In this document: one piece after another, positions 5,305 through 14,141 of the stretch | How the letters are laid out: every line of letters starts with the position of its first letter | Numbering within the stretch: position 1 is the first letter of the stretch | Assembly: GCA_012729095.1 (NCBI GenBank) | Contig: JAAYDU010000027.1 | Coordinates: 1,238 to 65,237, forward strand | Direction of reading: 5' to 3' | DNA: 64,000 nucleotides | Source of the DNA: Methanobacteriota archaeon | Lineage (GTDB): Archaea > Thermoplasmatota > Thermoplasmata > Methanomassiliicoccales > UBA472 | Program-made: the position numbers and the translations under genes | The notes under the pieces: generated by a model | The model's input: the letters and a program-made list of their open reading frames with translations, nothing else | Database searches by the model: none | Told to the model about the DNA's origin: nothing

Positions 5305-7449
5305 ATGGAGGAACTGTGCGCATACGGGAGGACCATCATCGCCCAAAGGCTGGAGGCCCTCCTGGCCGAGGTCGACGGGGTGCGCAGGGGGGAAGACATC
5401 GAGTGCGTGCATCGCATGCGAGTGGCCTCCCGGCGTCTGCGATCGGCGCTTCGCCTGTTCGGGGATTGCTTCAAAGGGAAGAAGGCCAGGAGATGGCGGA
5501 AGGCGGTCAGGGAGGTCACCTCCTCGCTGGGAGAGGCGCGCGACCTGGACGTGCAGATCGATCTGCTCGGTAGCATCTCTGAGGACTGGGAGGGGGAGGA
5601 GGCGGTAGGACTCGCCCTCATCATGGAGATGCTGAAGTGCAGGAGGGCTTCCCTGCAACCGGGCGTAATCACGATGATGGACGCCATCGTCGCGGATGAC
5701 GCGTTCCAGGAGATGGGGTCCGATATCTCCGCGGTGAAGGAGATGGGAAAGGACCTGTCATCGCTGCACCCTTACGCTTTCGCCCATGCCGCGGTCGCGG
5801 TCGAGGAGATGATGGAGCACTCCCACTCCGTTCCCGTTTACGAGGACTGGCCGGGACATCACGCCCTGCGCATAGCGGGGAAGCATCTCCGCTATGCCCT
5901 GGAGGCCTTCCGGGAGGCCTATCCCGACAGGCTCAACGACGAGCTCAAGGTCCTCAAGGGACTGCAGGACGTGGTGGGAGAACTGCACGATTGCGACGTC
6001 TGGTTGCAGCGCTTGCCCGGACTGAGGGAGGAGGCCCCCCTGGCCATTGCGGCCATCGATCGCCTCCAATCGGTGTTCGAGGCTCGCCGGAGGGAGCTGC
6101 ACGTAAAGCTCGTGGAGCGCTGGTACTGTCTGATGCAAGAACGCTTCATGTACAGGCTATTGGACAAGCTGAAGGGGCGCCGGTCGGTGGAGACATGCCC
6201 GGTGAAGGTAGCCCTTATCTCCGACGTGCACGGGAACGCTTCAGCCCTCAAGGCGGTGATGGAAAGCGCCCGAAGCAGAGGTGCCACCGCCTTCCTGAAC
6301 GCCGGGGACTCGGTGGGCCTCCCAAGACCCGTGGAGTCCCTGCAGATGCTGAGGGAGCGGGACGTGCTAAGCGTCATCGGCAACATAGACCGGGCCGCGC
6401 TCAGGGCCGCCGCTGGAAAGAAGGTGCGGGACCGGCAGCTGGAGATGGCGGCGCAATCGATGGGGAAGGAGGACCTTGAATGGCTAGGCTCGTTGCCCGA
6501 GGAGCTGCGCCTGGACATATGCGGGCTGACCGTGCTGGTCACCCACGCCTCCCCCGGACAGGAGGCGGAGAAGCTTACCGTGCACACGCCCGATGCCCGG
6601 CTGCGCTTCCTGGCCGGAGAGAGCGGGGCGGACATAATCATCACCGGGCATTCCCATGCCCCCATGGCAAGGGATTGCGTCGGGACCCTTTTCATAAACC
6701 CGGGAAGCGTGGGGCGACCGCGCGAGGGGCCCGAGGCATCCTACGCCCTGTTGGACCTTCCTGCCCTGCGCGTCGAGCTGCTGAGGGTGGCATACGACTT
6801 TGAAGGCGTTGCCGGTGAGCTCCGGGCCCAGGGGTTCAAGGACCTGCCCAGGGAGCTGGAGGAAGGACGGACCAGGGACAAGGTGTTGGAGGCGGGAGCG
6901 TGGGCGGAACCGTTGCACGGTGACCGCCGGCACGCGGACCAGGTGAGGACCCTGGCCGCGCTCATCTTTGACGGTACCCGGGGATCGCATCGCCTGGACC
7001 CCAAGGACCGCGAGCTGCTTGAGATGGCGGCCATGGTGCATGACGTGGGTTTCGGAGAGGGCGCTGAAGGGCATCAGAGAAGGGCTCTGGACATCGTGAT
7101 GAAGACGGATATGGATCTCGACGAGGTCGAGCGGAGAATGCTGGCCTGCGTGGCCCGCTATCACGGCCTGCGCTCCCCGCGGCGGGGAGACCGGGTGTTC
7201 AAGGAACTGACCGAGTCGGAGCGGGAGAGGGTGGTCAAGCTATCGGCGATCCTGGCCCTGGCGGACGGCCTGGACCGAGGACATGCCTCCCTGGTCGGAG
7301 GCCTGGATGTGTCCATCGGGAAGGGTTCCGTGAACATCGTCATACAAGGCCAGGGAGACCTTTCCCTGGAGAGGGAGTGGGGGGCTCGCAAGGGACAGCG
7401 CCTCGCCAAAGCCCTCGACCGGGAGGTGATCGTCGTTGACCGAGAATGA
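5305..7449 (+). CDS. Fusion protein: CHAD domain + calcineurin-like metallophosphoesterase + Ppx/GppA C-terminal HD-like domain
   Basis: CHAD signatures: VHRMRVASRRLRSALRLF, LGEARDLDV, HALRIAGKHLRYALEAF. Metallophosphoesterase motifs: ISDVHG, AGDSVG, GNID, VTHA, GHSH. The C-terminal ~175 aa are paralogous to the C-terminus of the neighbouring Ppx (HADQV...AAMVHDVG...ARYH...LADGLDRGH). The ATG at 5305 follows GGGGAGGAG. The track ORF start at 5257 would overlap ppk. Confidence 0.8.
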   Translation: MEELCAYGRTIIAQRLEALLAEVDGVRRGEDIECVHRMRVASRRLRSALRLFGDCFKGKKARRWRKAVREVTSSLGEARDLDVQIDLLGSISEDWEGEEAVGLALIMEMLKCRRASLQPGVITMMDAIVADDAFQEMGSDISAVKEMGKDLSSLHPYAFAHAAVAVEEMMEHSHSVPVYEDWPGHHALRIAGKHLRYALEAFREAYPDRLNDELKVLKGLQDVVGELHDCDVWLQRLPGLREEAPLAIAAIDRLQSVFEARRRELHVKLVERWYCLMQERFMYRLLDKLKGRRSVETCPVKVALISDVHGNASALKAVMESARSRGATAFLNAGDSVGLPRPVESLQMLRERDVLSVIGNIDRAALRAAAGKKVRDRQLEMAAQSMGKEDLEWLGSLPEELRLDICGLTVLVTHASPGQEAEKLTVHTPDARLRFLAGESGADIIITGHSHAPMARDCVGTLFINPGSVGRPREGPEASYALLDLPALRVELLRVAYDFEGVAGELRAQGFKDLPRELEEGRTRDKVLEAGAWAEPLHGDRRHADQVRTLAALIFDGTRGSHRLDPKDRELLEMAAMVHDVGFGEGAEGHQRRALDIVMKTDMDLDEVERRMLACVARYHGLRSPRRGDRVFKELTESERERVVKLSAILALADGLDRGHASLVGGLDVSIGKGSVNIVIQGQGDLSLEREWGARKGQRLAKALDREVIVVDRE

Positions 7450-8995
7450 GAGGGGAAAGGTGGTGGCATTCCTGGACGTCGGCACGAACTCCGTGCGGCT
7501 GCTGGTGGTGCGCATTAACCCCAACCGTTCCTACACCATCATCAGCGAGCAGAAGGAGATGGTGAGGCTCGGCGAGCAGGAGTTCCGGAGCGGGGTCCTG
7601 CTGGAGAGCGCGATGGAAAGGTCGGTCAGGGTCCTGAAGAACTTCTGCGACCTTTCCCGGACCTACGGCGTGACCGAGTTCGTGGCCATGGCCACCTCGG
7701 CCACCAGGGAGGCCTCGAACCGAGCCGAGCTGGTCGATCGCGTGAAGGAGGCCACCGGGCTGGAGCTGCAGGTCATCTCGGGCAAGGAGGAGGCCAGGCT
7801 GATATACATGGGCGTTTCCACCGGCCATCACATCGGCCGCAAGAAGGCCATGTTCCTGGACATAGGAGGGGGGAGCACCGAGCTGGCCCTGGGCGACCAG
7901 AGCGAGCATTCATATCTGGAGAGCCTCAAGGTGGGGGCCGTCCGCCTAACCACCATGTTCGTGAAGAAGCCGGACGCGCCTGTACCGGATGCCGTGCTGG
8001 CCAAGATGCGCAAGTACGTGAAGAGCTCCCTGGTGCGGGCCAGAAAGGAAGTGCTGCAGGGCAAGGTATCCCTGGCCTTCGGCAGTTCCGGGACCATAGT
8101 TAACCTGGGCGAGATCCTGATGCGCCATGACAGCAGCTCGCACCCGGGCGTGATCAGGTACTCCCAGCTGAAGAAGCTGGTCCCGTACCTGGCCGGAATG
8201 GACCTGGCGGCCAGGCGCAAGGTGCAGGGCATGAACCCGGACAGGGCCGACATAATCGTGGCCGGGGCGATCATACTGGAAACGGCGATGGACGAGCTTA
8301 GGCTCAGCGAGATAGCCGTTAGCCAGCGTAGCATGAGGGACGGCATGCTCCAGGATTACCTGGGCGGCCTGGAGGAGTTCCCGGGCTTCCGGGAGCTTTC
8401 CGTGCGGGAAAGGAGCGTCATACAGCTGGGGCGCGCCTGCTCCATAGACGAGGAGCATGCCAGGCGGGTTACGGCCATCGCCCTGGAGCTGTTCGACAGC
8501 GCTGCCAAGAAGGGATTGCACACCATGGGAAAGAAGGAGAGGGAGATACTGCAGCACGCGGCCTTCCTGCATGACGTCGGCGATTTCATCTCCTTCAACG
8601 ACCATCACCTACACTCGCACTACATCATATGCCACGCCGAGCTGCTGGGGTTCTCCAACAGGGAGGTGCTGCTCATGGCCAACGTGGCAAAGCACCATCG
8701 GAAGCGAGCGCCGAAGCTCGGGGCGGTCGACCTGCGCGAACTGGACGCCAAGGACCAGCAGGCGCTCGTGCGCCTCTCCACGCTGCTTCGCATGGCGGAG
8801 AGCCTGGACCGCTCGCATTCCAACCTGGTGCAGAACGTTCGCTTCAGCAAGGTGACCAAGCGCGCGGTGAAGCTCATAGTCACCGCCAGCGGGGACCCTC
8901 AACTGGAGATGTGGCGCATGGAGGAGGACCGCAAGGCGTTCAAAAAAGCCTATGGAAGGGACCTTACGGTGGTTCTTAACAACATCGATGGATGA
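7436..8995 (+). CDS. ppx: Exopolyphosphatase (Ppx/GppA family)
   Basis: Carries VAFLDVGTNSVRLLV and LDIGGGSTELAL (actin-like ATPase phosphate loops) and a C-terminal HD-like domain (AAFLHDVGDFIS...HHLHSHY). The TTG start at 7436 overlaps the previous gene by 14 nt. A GTG at 7460 is an alternative start. Confidence 0.85.
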   Translation: MTENERGKVVAFLDVGTNSVRLLVVRINPNRSYTIISEQKEMVRLGEQEFRSGVLLESAMERSVRVLKNFCDLSRTYGVTEFVAMATSATREASNRAELVDRVKEATGLELQVISGKEEARLIYMGVSTGHHIGRKKAMFLDIGGGSTELALGDQSEHSYLESLKVGAVRLTTMFVKKPDAPVPDAVLAKMRKYVKSSLVRARKEVLQGKVSLAFGSSGTIVNLGEILMRHDSSSHPGVIRYSQLKKLVPYLAGMDLAARRKVQGMNPDRADIIVAGAIILETAMDELRLSEIAVSQRSMRDGMLQDYLGGLEEFPGFRELSVRERSVIQLGRACSIDEEHARRVTAIALELFDSAAKKGLHTMGKKEREILQHAAFLHDVGDFISFNDHHLHSHYIICHAELLGFSNREVLLMANVAKHHRKRAPKLGAVDLRELDAKDQQALVRLSTLLRMAESLDRSHSNLVQNVRFSKVTKRAVKLIVTASGDPQLEMWRMEEDRKAFKKAYGRDLTVVLNNIDG

Positions 8996-9044
8996 TACGA
9001 GGTGAAAGGGCCTTAAGAGGTTTTACCGGCTGTTAGAAAGGACC

Positions 9045-9269
9045 TTACTTGGTCTTCTTCATTATCTTCATCCAGCCGCCGGACTCGAACACCGCAAGAC
9101 CCCTCTTGCTGAGGGTCTTCTCGAACTCGTCCCAAGATACGATCTCCAGCCTCGCGTTGTTGCCCTTCGTGAATTGAACTCCGTTGGTGCCCTTTACGCG
9201 GCCCGGTTTGAGACCCTTCTTCTTCGCGATGTCCTTGGCCTTGTCTAAGCTGATCTTTTCCATCACCAT
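9045..9269 (-). CDS. Small basic protein of unknown function
   Basis: 74 aa from the ATG at 9269, preceded by GGAGGT. The sequence MVMEKISLDKAKDIAKKKGLKPGRVKGTNGVQFTKGNNARLEIVSWDEFEKTLSKRGLAVFESGGWMKIMKK looks like a real folded protein. No family was recognised. Confidence 0.5.
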   Translation of the reverse strand: MVMEKISLDKAKDIAKKKGLKPGRVKGTNGVQFTKGNNARLEIVSWDEFEKTLSKRGLAVFESGGWMKIMKKTK

Positions 9270-9524
9270 GGCATGACCTCCGCGATAATCGACCAATCTG
9301 GCCTGTTATCCAGTATGTAATGGATATGTTCAATATATAAAATTTATCGCATAAAGGACGAAGACCAGTAATTATTTCTCTTAAATAGTTTAGCCCGTTA
9401 ACCCTCCCGATCGTCCAGATTTTTATCCTTTCCGGGAGTATTCCGGAAACATGCTGGCCACATGACTGGCCATGTCTGGAAGGGCAGGGATTAAATGCCT
9501 TCGCAGGGATTACCTGAGGATAAC

Positions 9525-10820
9525 ATGGGGTTGTTCGGTTCCTCCGGCATACGCGGCCTGATAGGCAAGGACATCGACGCCGACCTTGGCGTGCGCATCG
9601 GCAGGGCGGTGGGCAGCCTCTCCCGCGCGGTAGTGATCGGAAAGGACCCCAGGACCAGCGGGGACCTGGTGGTGAGCGCGCTCGTGGCCGGGATCATCGA
9701 GGCGGGCGCTGAACCCTATCGCGCGGGCATGGTGCCCACGCCCACCTTGGCCTGCGCTGCCTCCCATTTCGATTGCGGCCTGATGGTGACCGCGTCCCAC
9801 AACCCCCCGGAGTACAACGGGGTAAAGATGTGGAACCCGGACGGCAGCGCCTTCGACGGGGAGCAGACGGAGAATGTGGAGAGGCTGATCGCCGAGGGCG
9901 GGAGAAGGGCCCCCTGGAACGAGATGATGCCCGAACGCCTTTGGGAAGGGGCCATCGACGAGCATGTCCATGCCATCCTGGAGGAGGTGGGGCCGGTGGA
10001 GCGTCGCCTGGTGATCGATTGCGGCTGCGGGGCCACCGGCCCGGTCAGCCCCCGCTTGTTCCGGGAACTGGGGTGTGACATAGTGACGCTGAACGCCAAT
10101 CCCGATGGACGTTTTCCCGGCCGGCCTTCGGAACCTTCCGAGGGGAACCTCGGTGACCTGATGGCCCTTTGCAGGGCCAAGGGCGTCATGGGAATCGCGC
10201 ACGACGGGGACGGGGACCGCATGGTGGCGGTGGACGAGGAAGGCCGCTACGTGAGCGGGGACCGTCTGTTGGCACTGTTCGCCTCGTTGATGAAGGTGAA
10301 AAACATGGCCGCCCCGGTGGACGCCTCCATGGTCCTGGACGACATAGTTGGCCGGTCGATCGAACGCACCAGGGTTGGGGACATGTTCGTCTCCGAGGCC
10401 CTTAAGAAAAAAGGGCTTCCCTTCGGCGGCGAGCCGTCCGGCACGTTCATATTCCCCTCCGTGAACTACTGTCCGGACGGCATGCTGGCCGGAGCGTGCC
10501 TCATTGAACTGCTGGACGGCCGATCCCTGAAGGACATGGTGGGCTCCCTTCCTGCCTACCCGTCCATGCGGGACTCGTTCTCCTTTGACCAATCGAGGAG
10601 GGAGGAGATAGGGGCAAGGCTGTCCGAGGAGATCTCCTCCATCGAGGGAGACCTTACCACCGTGGACGGTTACCGCGTCGATCTGGGCTATGGCTGGCTG
10701 CTCGTCCGGCTATCGGGAACGGAGCCCAAGGTTCGGCTGACCGCCGAAGCGCGCCAGCGGGAGGACCTGGAGAAGATAACGGACATGGCCAGGGTTAGGG
10801 TGCGCAAGGCATTGGACTGA
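9525..10820 (+). CDS. Alpha-D-phosphohexomutase (phosphoglucosamine / phosphomannomutase type)
   Basis: Carries the phosphoserine loop TASHNPPEYNGVK and the Mg loop AHDGDGDRM. The start is taken at MGLFGSSGIRG (ATG 9525). It lies upstream of a GlmU-like gene. Confidence 0.85.
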   Translation: MGLFGSSGIRGLIGKDIDADLGVRIGRAVGSLSRAVVIGKDPRTSGDLVVSALVAGIIEAGAEPYRAGMVPTPTLACAASHFDCGLMVTASHNPPEYNGVKMWNPDGSAFDGEQTENVERLIAEGGRRAPWNEMMPERLWEGAIDEHVHAILEEVGPVERRLVIDCGCGATGPVSPRLFRELGCDIVTLNANPDGRFPGRPSEPSEGNLGDLMALCRAKGVMGIAHDGDGDRMVAVDEEGRYVSGDRLLALFASLMKVKNMAAPVDASMVLDDIVGRSIERTRVGDMFVSEALKKKGLPFGGEPSGTFIFPSVNYCPDGMLAGACLIELLDGRSLKDMVGSLPAYPSMRDSFSFDQSRREEIGARLSEEISSIEGDLTTVDGYRVDLGYGWLLVRLSGTEPKVRLTAEARQREDLEKITDMARVRVRKALD

Positions 10821-10866
10821 ACAGTCATTTAATAGCTGACATCCATTTTCAACCGGAAGGATACCA

Positions 10867-12093
10867 ATGAAAGCACTAATCCTGGCCGCCGGGGAAGGCA
10901 CCCGTCTCAGACCGCTGACCAGCAACATACCCAAGCCGCTCCTGACCTTGGCCGGGCGGCCTTACCTGGCCCACCTTGTGCAGGCGTTGAGGGACGCCGG
11001 GGTGAAGGAGCAGGTCATACTGGTGGGATGGAAGGCCAACCGGGTCAAGGAGTTCTTCGGCGACGGGCGGCAGATGGGTGTGGACCTCAGCTACCTGGAG
11101 CAGAAGGAGCGCCTGGGCACCGCCAACGCAATAGGGGTGGCGGAAGATGTCATGGACGGGGACTTCGTGTGCGTGAACGGGGACGTGGTCATGTCCCCGG
11201 AGGCGGTGGCCGAGATGGTGTCCGCCTTCGAGAGGGACCGCGTCCCGTTCATGGGAGCGGTGGAGGTCCCGGACCCGCACAGGTTCGGAGTGGTCAAGCA
11301 GGACGGCGAGAAGCTGGTCAGCATCATCGAGAAGCCTTCCCGCCCCCCGTCCAACCTGATCAACGGCGGTTTCTTCGGCCTAGGCACCGAGGTATTCGAG
11401 CACATACGGAACACCGAGCGCTCCCCCCGCGGCGAGTACGAGTTCACCGATACCCTGAACATGATGGCCTCCCGGACGGACGTCCTGGTGCGCAGGATCA
11501 GGGGAGAATGGATGGACGTGGGCTATCCCTGGGAGCTGCTGCGGGCCAACGAGTTCCTCATGGGGCGGCTGGAACGCGACATAGGGGGGGAGGTGGAGGA
11601 GGGCGCCGTGCTCAAGGGCGCGGTCGTCGTCGAGGAGGGTGCCTTGGTCAGGAGCGGGAGCTATATCGAAGGCCCCGCCTACATCTCAAATGGCTGCGAT
11701 ATCGGCCCTAACTGCTACATCAGGCCGTTCACCTGCCTCGGAGAGGGCGTCCGTGTCGGCAGCTCGGTGGAGGTGAAGAACTCCATAGTGATGAGGGGGA
11801 CGCATATCCCCCATCACAATTACGTGGGGGACAGCGTGATCGGGGAGAGGTGCAACTTCGGCGCCGGGACCAAGGTCGCCAACCTGCGGTTCGACGATCG
11901 GACGGTCAGGGTCACCGCCAACGGGCGGACCATGAGCACCGGCCGGCGCAAGCTCGGGGTGGTCATGGGGGATGACGTTAAAACGGGCATCAACGCCATG
12001 ATCGAGCCTGGAACGGTCATATGGGAGAGGTCGGTCATCGGCATGGGTGCCAGGGCCCGGGGGAGCATCGGGCCCAGCAGCAGGTTCTTCTAA
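10867..12093 (+). CDS. Bifunctional sugar-1-phosphate nucleotidyltransferase / acetyltransferase (archaeal GlmU-like)
   Basis: N-terminal MKALILAAGEGTRLRPLTSNIPKPLL. The C-terminus has left-handed beta-helix hexapeptide repeats (IGPNCYIRPFTCLGEGVRVGSSVEVKNSIV...). Confidence 0.8.
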   Translation: MKALILAAGEGTRLRPLTSNIPKPLLTLAGRPYLAHLVQALRDAGVKEQVILVGWKANRVKEFFGDGRQMGVDLSYLEQKERLGTANAIGVAEDVMDGDFVCVNGDVVMSPEAVAEMVSAFERDRVPFMGAVEVPDPHRFGVVKQDGEKLVSIIEKPSRPPSNLINGGFFGLGTEVFEHIRNTERSPRGEYEFTDTLNMMASRTDVLVRRIRGEWMDVGYPWELLRANEFLMGRLERDIGGEVEEGAVLKGAVVVEEGALVRSGSYIEGPAYISNGCDIGPNCYIRPFTCLGEGVRVGSSVEVKNSIVMRGTHIPHHNYVGDSVIGERCNFGAGTKVANLRFDDRTVRVTANGRTMSTGRRKLGVVMGDDVKTGINAMIEPGTVIWERSVIGMGARARGSIGPSSRFF

Positions 12094-12467
12094 AGCTCGA
12101 CGACCGGCAGCTGCATGCGCCGCCCCCGACCGTCGTAGGCGCGCCAGCTCCCCTCGTCGAAGGGAAGGCATGTTATGACGTGGATGTAGCCGTACCGTCT
12201 AAAGAACTCCAGGTCCTCTCTGGACGGCCGGTTGCTGTAGCCGGGATGCGAGTGCACCGTGCCCACTATCGAAAAATCGACGGGCATCATGTGCAGCATG
12301 AGGGTGGCCGAGTCCTCTCCCTGCAATGTACCGGGCAGCAGGATGAGCTCCTGTATGACGCCCTCCTCCGCCCTGAGCATGGCCACGAACTCGTTGGGCA
12401 GCGAATCGCGCGCGGCCTCGTTTATCATTTCCAGGAGGGCGCGGTCTATGCCCCGCACCTTCAGCAT
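12090..12467 (-). CDS. Minimal stand-alone JAMM/MPN+ metalloprotease
   Basis: 125 aa. EFVAMLRAEEG plus VHSHPGYSNRPSREDL gives E...HxHx7Sx2D. Its start overlaps the nadK stop by 7 nt. Confidence 0.8.
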   Translation of the reverse strand: MLKVRGIDRALLEMINEAARDSLPNEFVAMLRAEEGVIQELILLPGTLQGEDSATLMLHMMPVDFSIVGTVHSHPGYSNRPSREDLEFFRRYGYIHVITCLPFDEGSWRAYDGRGRRMQLPVVEL

Positions 12468-13270
12468 AGCGTCCCCATCAGCTTCTCCCGGGTCCTGCCG
12501 TAGAAGCTCTTTCCGAAGCTGACGAAACGCGCCCGGTCAGGGGAGGCCTTGAACTCCACCGTCTCGTTGCCAGCCATCAACATCTCCTGCTGGCCGTCGA
12601 CCACCACCACGCATTCCTTGGGCCGCACGATCTGAACTGAGATACGGCTGCTGGCAGGGACAACCACCGGCCGGGCGGAGAACTTGAAAGGGGCCATGGG
12701 GGCTATCACCAGCGCCTCCACCCGGGGATCCACCAGGGGGGCGCCCAGGCTCATGGCGTAGCAGGTGGAGCCGGTCGGCGTCGCCACCACGATGCCGTCG
12801 GCCCTGACGTTCATGGCCATCTCCCCGTCCACGAACACCTGGAAGTGGCGTATCTTGGCCACGTGGGCGGTGTGCAGGACCGCCTCGTTCATGGCATCGA
12901 GCATGCGCGTCCCGCCCACGGTGGTCTGCAGCTTGATGCGCTCCTCCAGGTCGTAATGGCCCCGGAGGAGGTTCTCCACGCCCTCCTCCAGCTCCTCCTC
13001 GGAGACCACGGTCAGGAAACCGAGGTCCCCGGCGTTGATGCCGAATATGGGCGCCTTGTTGTGCTGCAGCGCCCTGAGTATGGTGCCGTCCCCTCCCACG
13101 GTGACCATGATGTCCACGTCCATGTCCTCCAGGAGCAGGCCATCGGTTCTGAACCGGGAGGCCATCCCTTTTTCCAGCAGCACCTCGTGCCCCTCGAGCA
13201 GCTCCAAGGTCCTCTTGGCCATGCGCGGGGCGTCGGGTATGTCCATGTTGACGCTCATCCCGAACCTCAT
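12461..13270 (-). CDS. nadK: NAD kinase
   Basis: Carries GGDGTILRA and GINAGDLGFLT. The start is taken at the ATG at 13270 (MRFGMSVNMD), which forms an ATGA overlap with the stop of the upstream IMPase gene. Confidence 0.85.
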   Translation of the reverse strand: MRFGMSVNMDIPDAPRMAKRTLELLEGHEVLLEKGMASRFRTDGLLLEDMDVDIMVTVGGDGTILRALQHNKAPIFGINAGDLGFLTVVSEEELEEGVENLLRGHYDLEERIKLQTTVGGTRMLDAMNEAVLHTAHVAKIRHFQVFVDGEMAMNVRADGIVVATPTGSTCYAMSLGAPLVDPRVEALVIAPMAPFKFSARPVVVPASSRISVQIVRPKECVVVVDGQQEMLMAGNETVEFKASPDRARFVSFGKSFYGRTREKLMGTLC

Positions 13271-14070
13271 CTCAACCACTCCAGCAGGTCCGGGTCGCCG
13301 GCGGCCAGGCAATTGGCGCGGTCCTCCAGGTCCAGGGCCATGTCCAGCGTGTTGCCCTCAAGGTCGTAAAGGTCCCCGCCCGCTTCCCTGAGCACAAGGG
13401 CGCTGGCGGCGATGTCCACCACCCGCAGCGCTCTCTGGTACACCTCGGAGTGCAGGTAGAACCCGTCGGCAAGACCCGCGGCGACAAGGCACATCTCCAG
13501 GGAAGAGCAGCCCATTGAACGGGTCCGCCGGGCCTTGCGCAGCACCCCGTTGGCGGAGGCCGCGGAGAACTTGCCGAGATACACGAACAGCACTGAGCTG
13601 TCCTTGTGGCACTTGCGGACGTGTATGGGCCTACCGTTCCAGGTGGCCCCCTTTCCCTTCTCGGCGTAGAACAGGTCCCCGGTGACCAGGTTCCTGACGA
13701 TGCCGTGGGTGGCGTCGTTCATGCTTTTGGTGCATACGGCCAGAGAGACGCTGTAGAAAGGTATGCCCATGAGAGCGTTGTACGTTCCGTCCACCGGGTC
13801 CATGACCAGCGTCCTTTCGTACCCCCTGTCCACGAACCCCGCCTCCTCGCTGAGAACGTTCAGGGGGACGCCCCTGTCGTCCATGAGCCGGAGCAGGAGG
13901 TCCTCGGCGGCCTGGTCGATGCGGCAGGTGGGCGTGCCGTCCGCCCCCATGCCCACCTCGGCGGACCTGTCGCTGAAGGCGCATTCCCGATCTATCCCTT
14001 CGGCCACCGAGGCGGCCAGCCATTCAAGCGTTTCCCTCATCCCCCTGGATATTGGCGTGGGGTTATTCAT
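13267..14070 (-). CDS. suhB: Inositol monophosphatase / FBPase family phosphatase
   Basis: Carries LSEEAG, MDPVDGTYNA and VDIAASALVLREAGG. The start is taken at the ATG at 14070 (MNNPTPISRG). Confidence 0.8.
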   Translation of the reverse strand: MNNPTPISRGMRETLEWLAASVAEGIDRECAFSDRSAEVGMGADGTPTCRIDQAAEDLLLRLMDDRGVPLNVLSEEAGFVDRGYERTLVMDPVDGTYNALMGIPFYSVSLAVCTKSMNDATHGIVRNLVTGDLFYAEKGKGATWNGRPIHVRKCHKDSSVLFVYLGKFSAASANGVLRKARRTRSMGCSSLEMCLVAAGLADGFYLHSEVYQRALRVVDIAASALVLREAGGDLYDLEGNTLDMALDLEDRANCLAAGDPDLLEWLR

Positions 14071-14141
14071 AATTGCGCCAGTAAAAACGGTAAATACGGA
14101 AGAAGACGTTCCCTTCACGCCCCAGGCGGCAGAGTGATCCA

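Noticed and set aside
3503-5323. 606-aa ORF antisense to ppk. Similar long antisense or out-of-frame ORFs include 471-1223, 9510-10592, 15543-16628, 25833-26918, 37349-38665, 46966-48183, 52318-53280, 54859-55794 and 60628-61602.
   Set aside because: Each lies entirely opposite or out of frame to a gene with strong family motifs. Their translations are Arg/Gly/Pro/His-rich low-information strings typical of shadow ORFs in GC-rich DNA.
9429-9449. 7-bp inverted repeat TTTCCGG-N7-CCGGAAA upstream of the phosphohexomutase gene.
   Set aside because: It is too short to distinguish from chance in a 64-kb window, and there is no second copy or other supporting feature.
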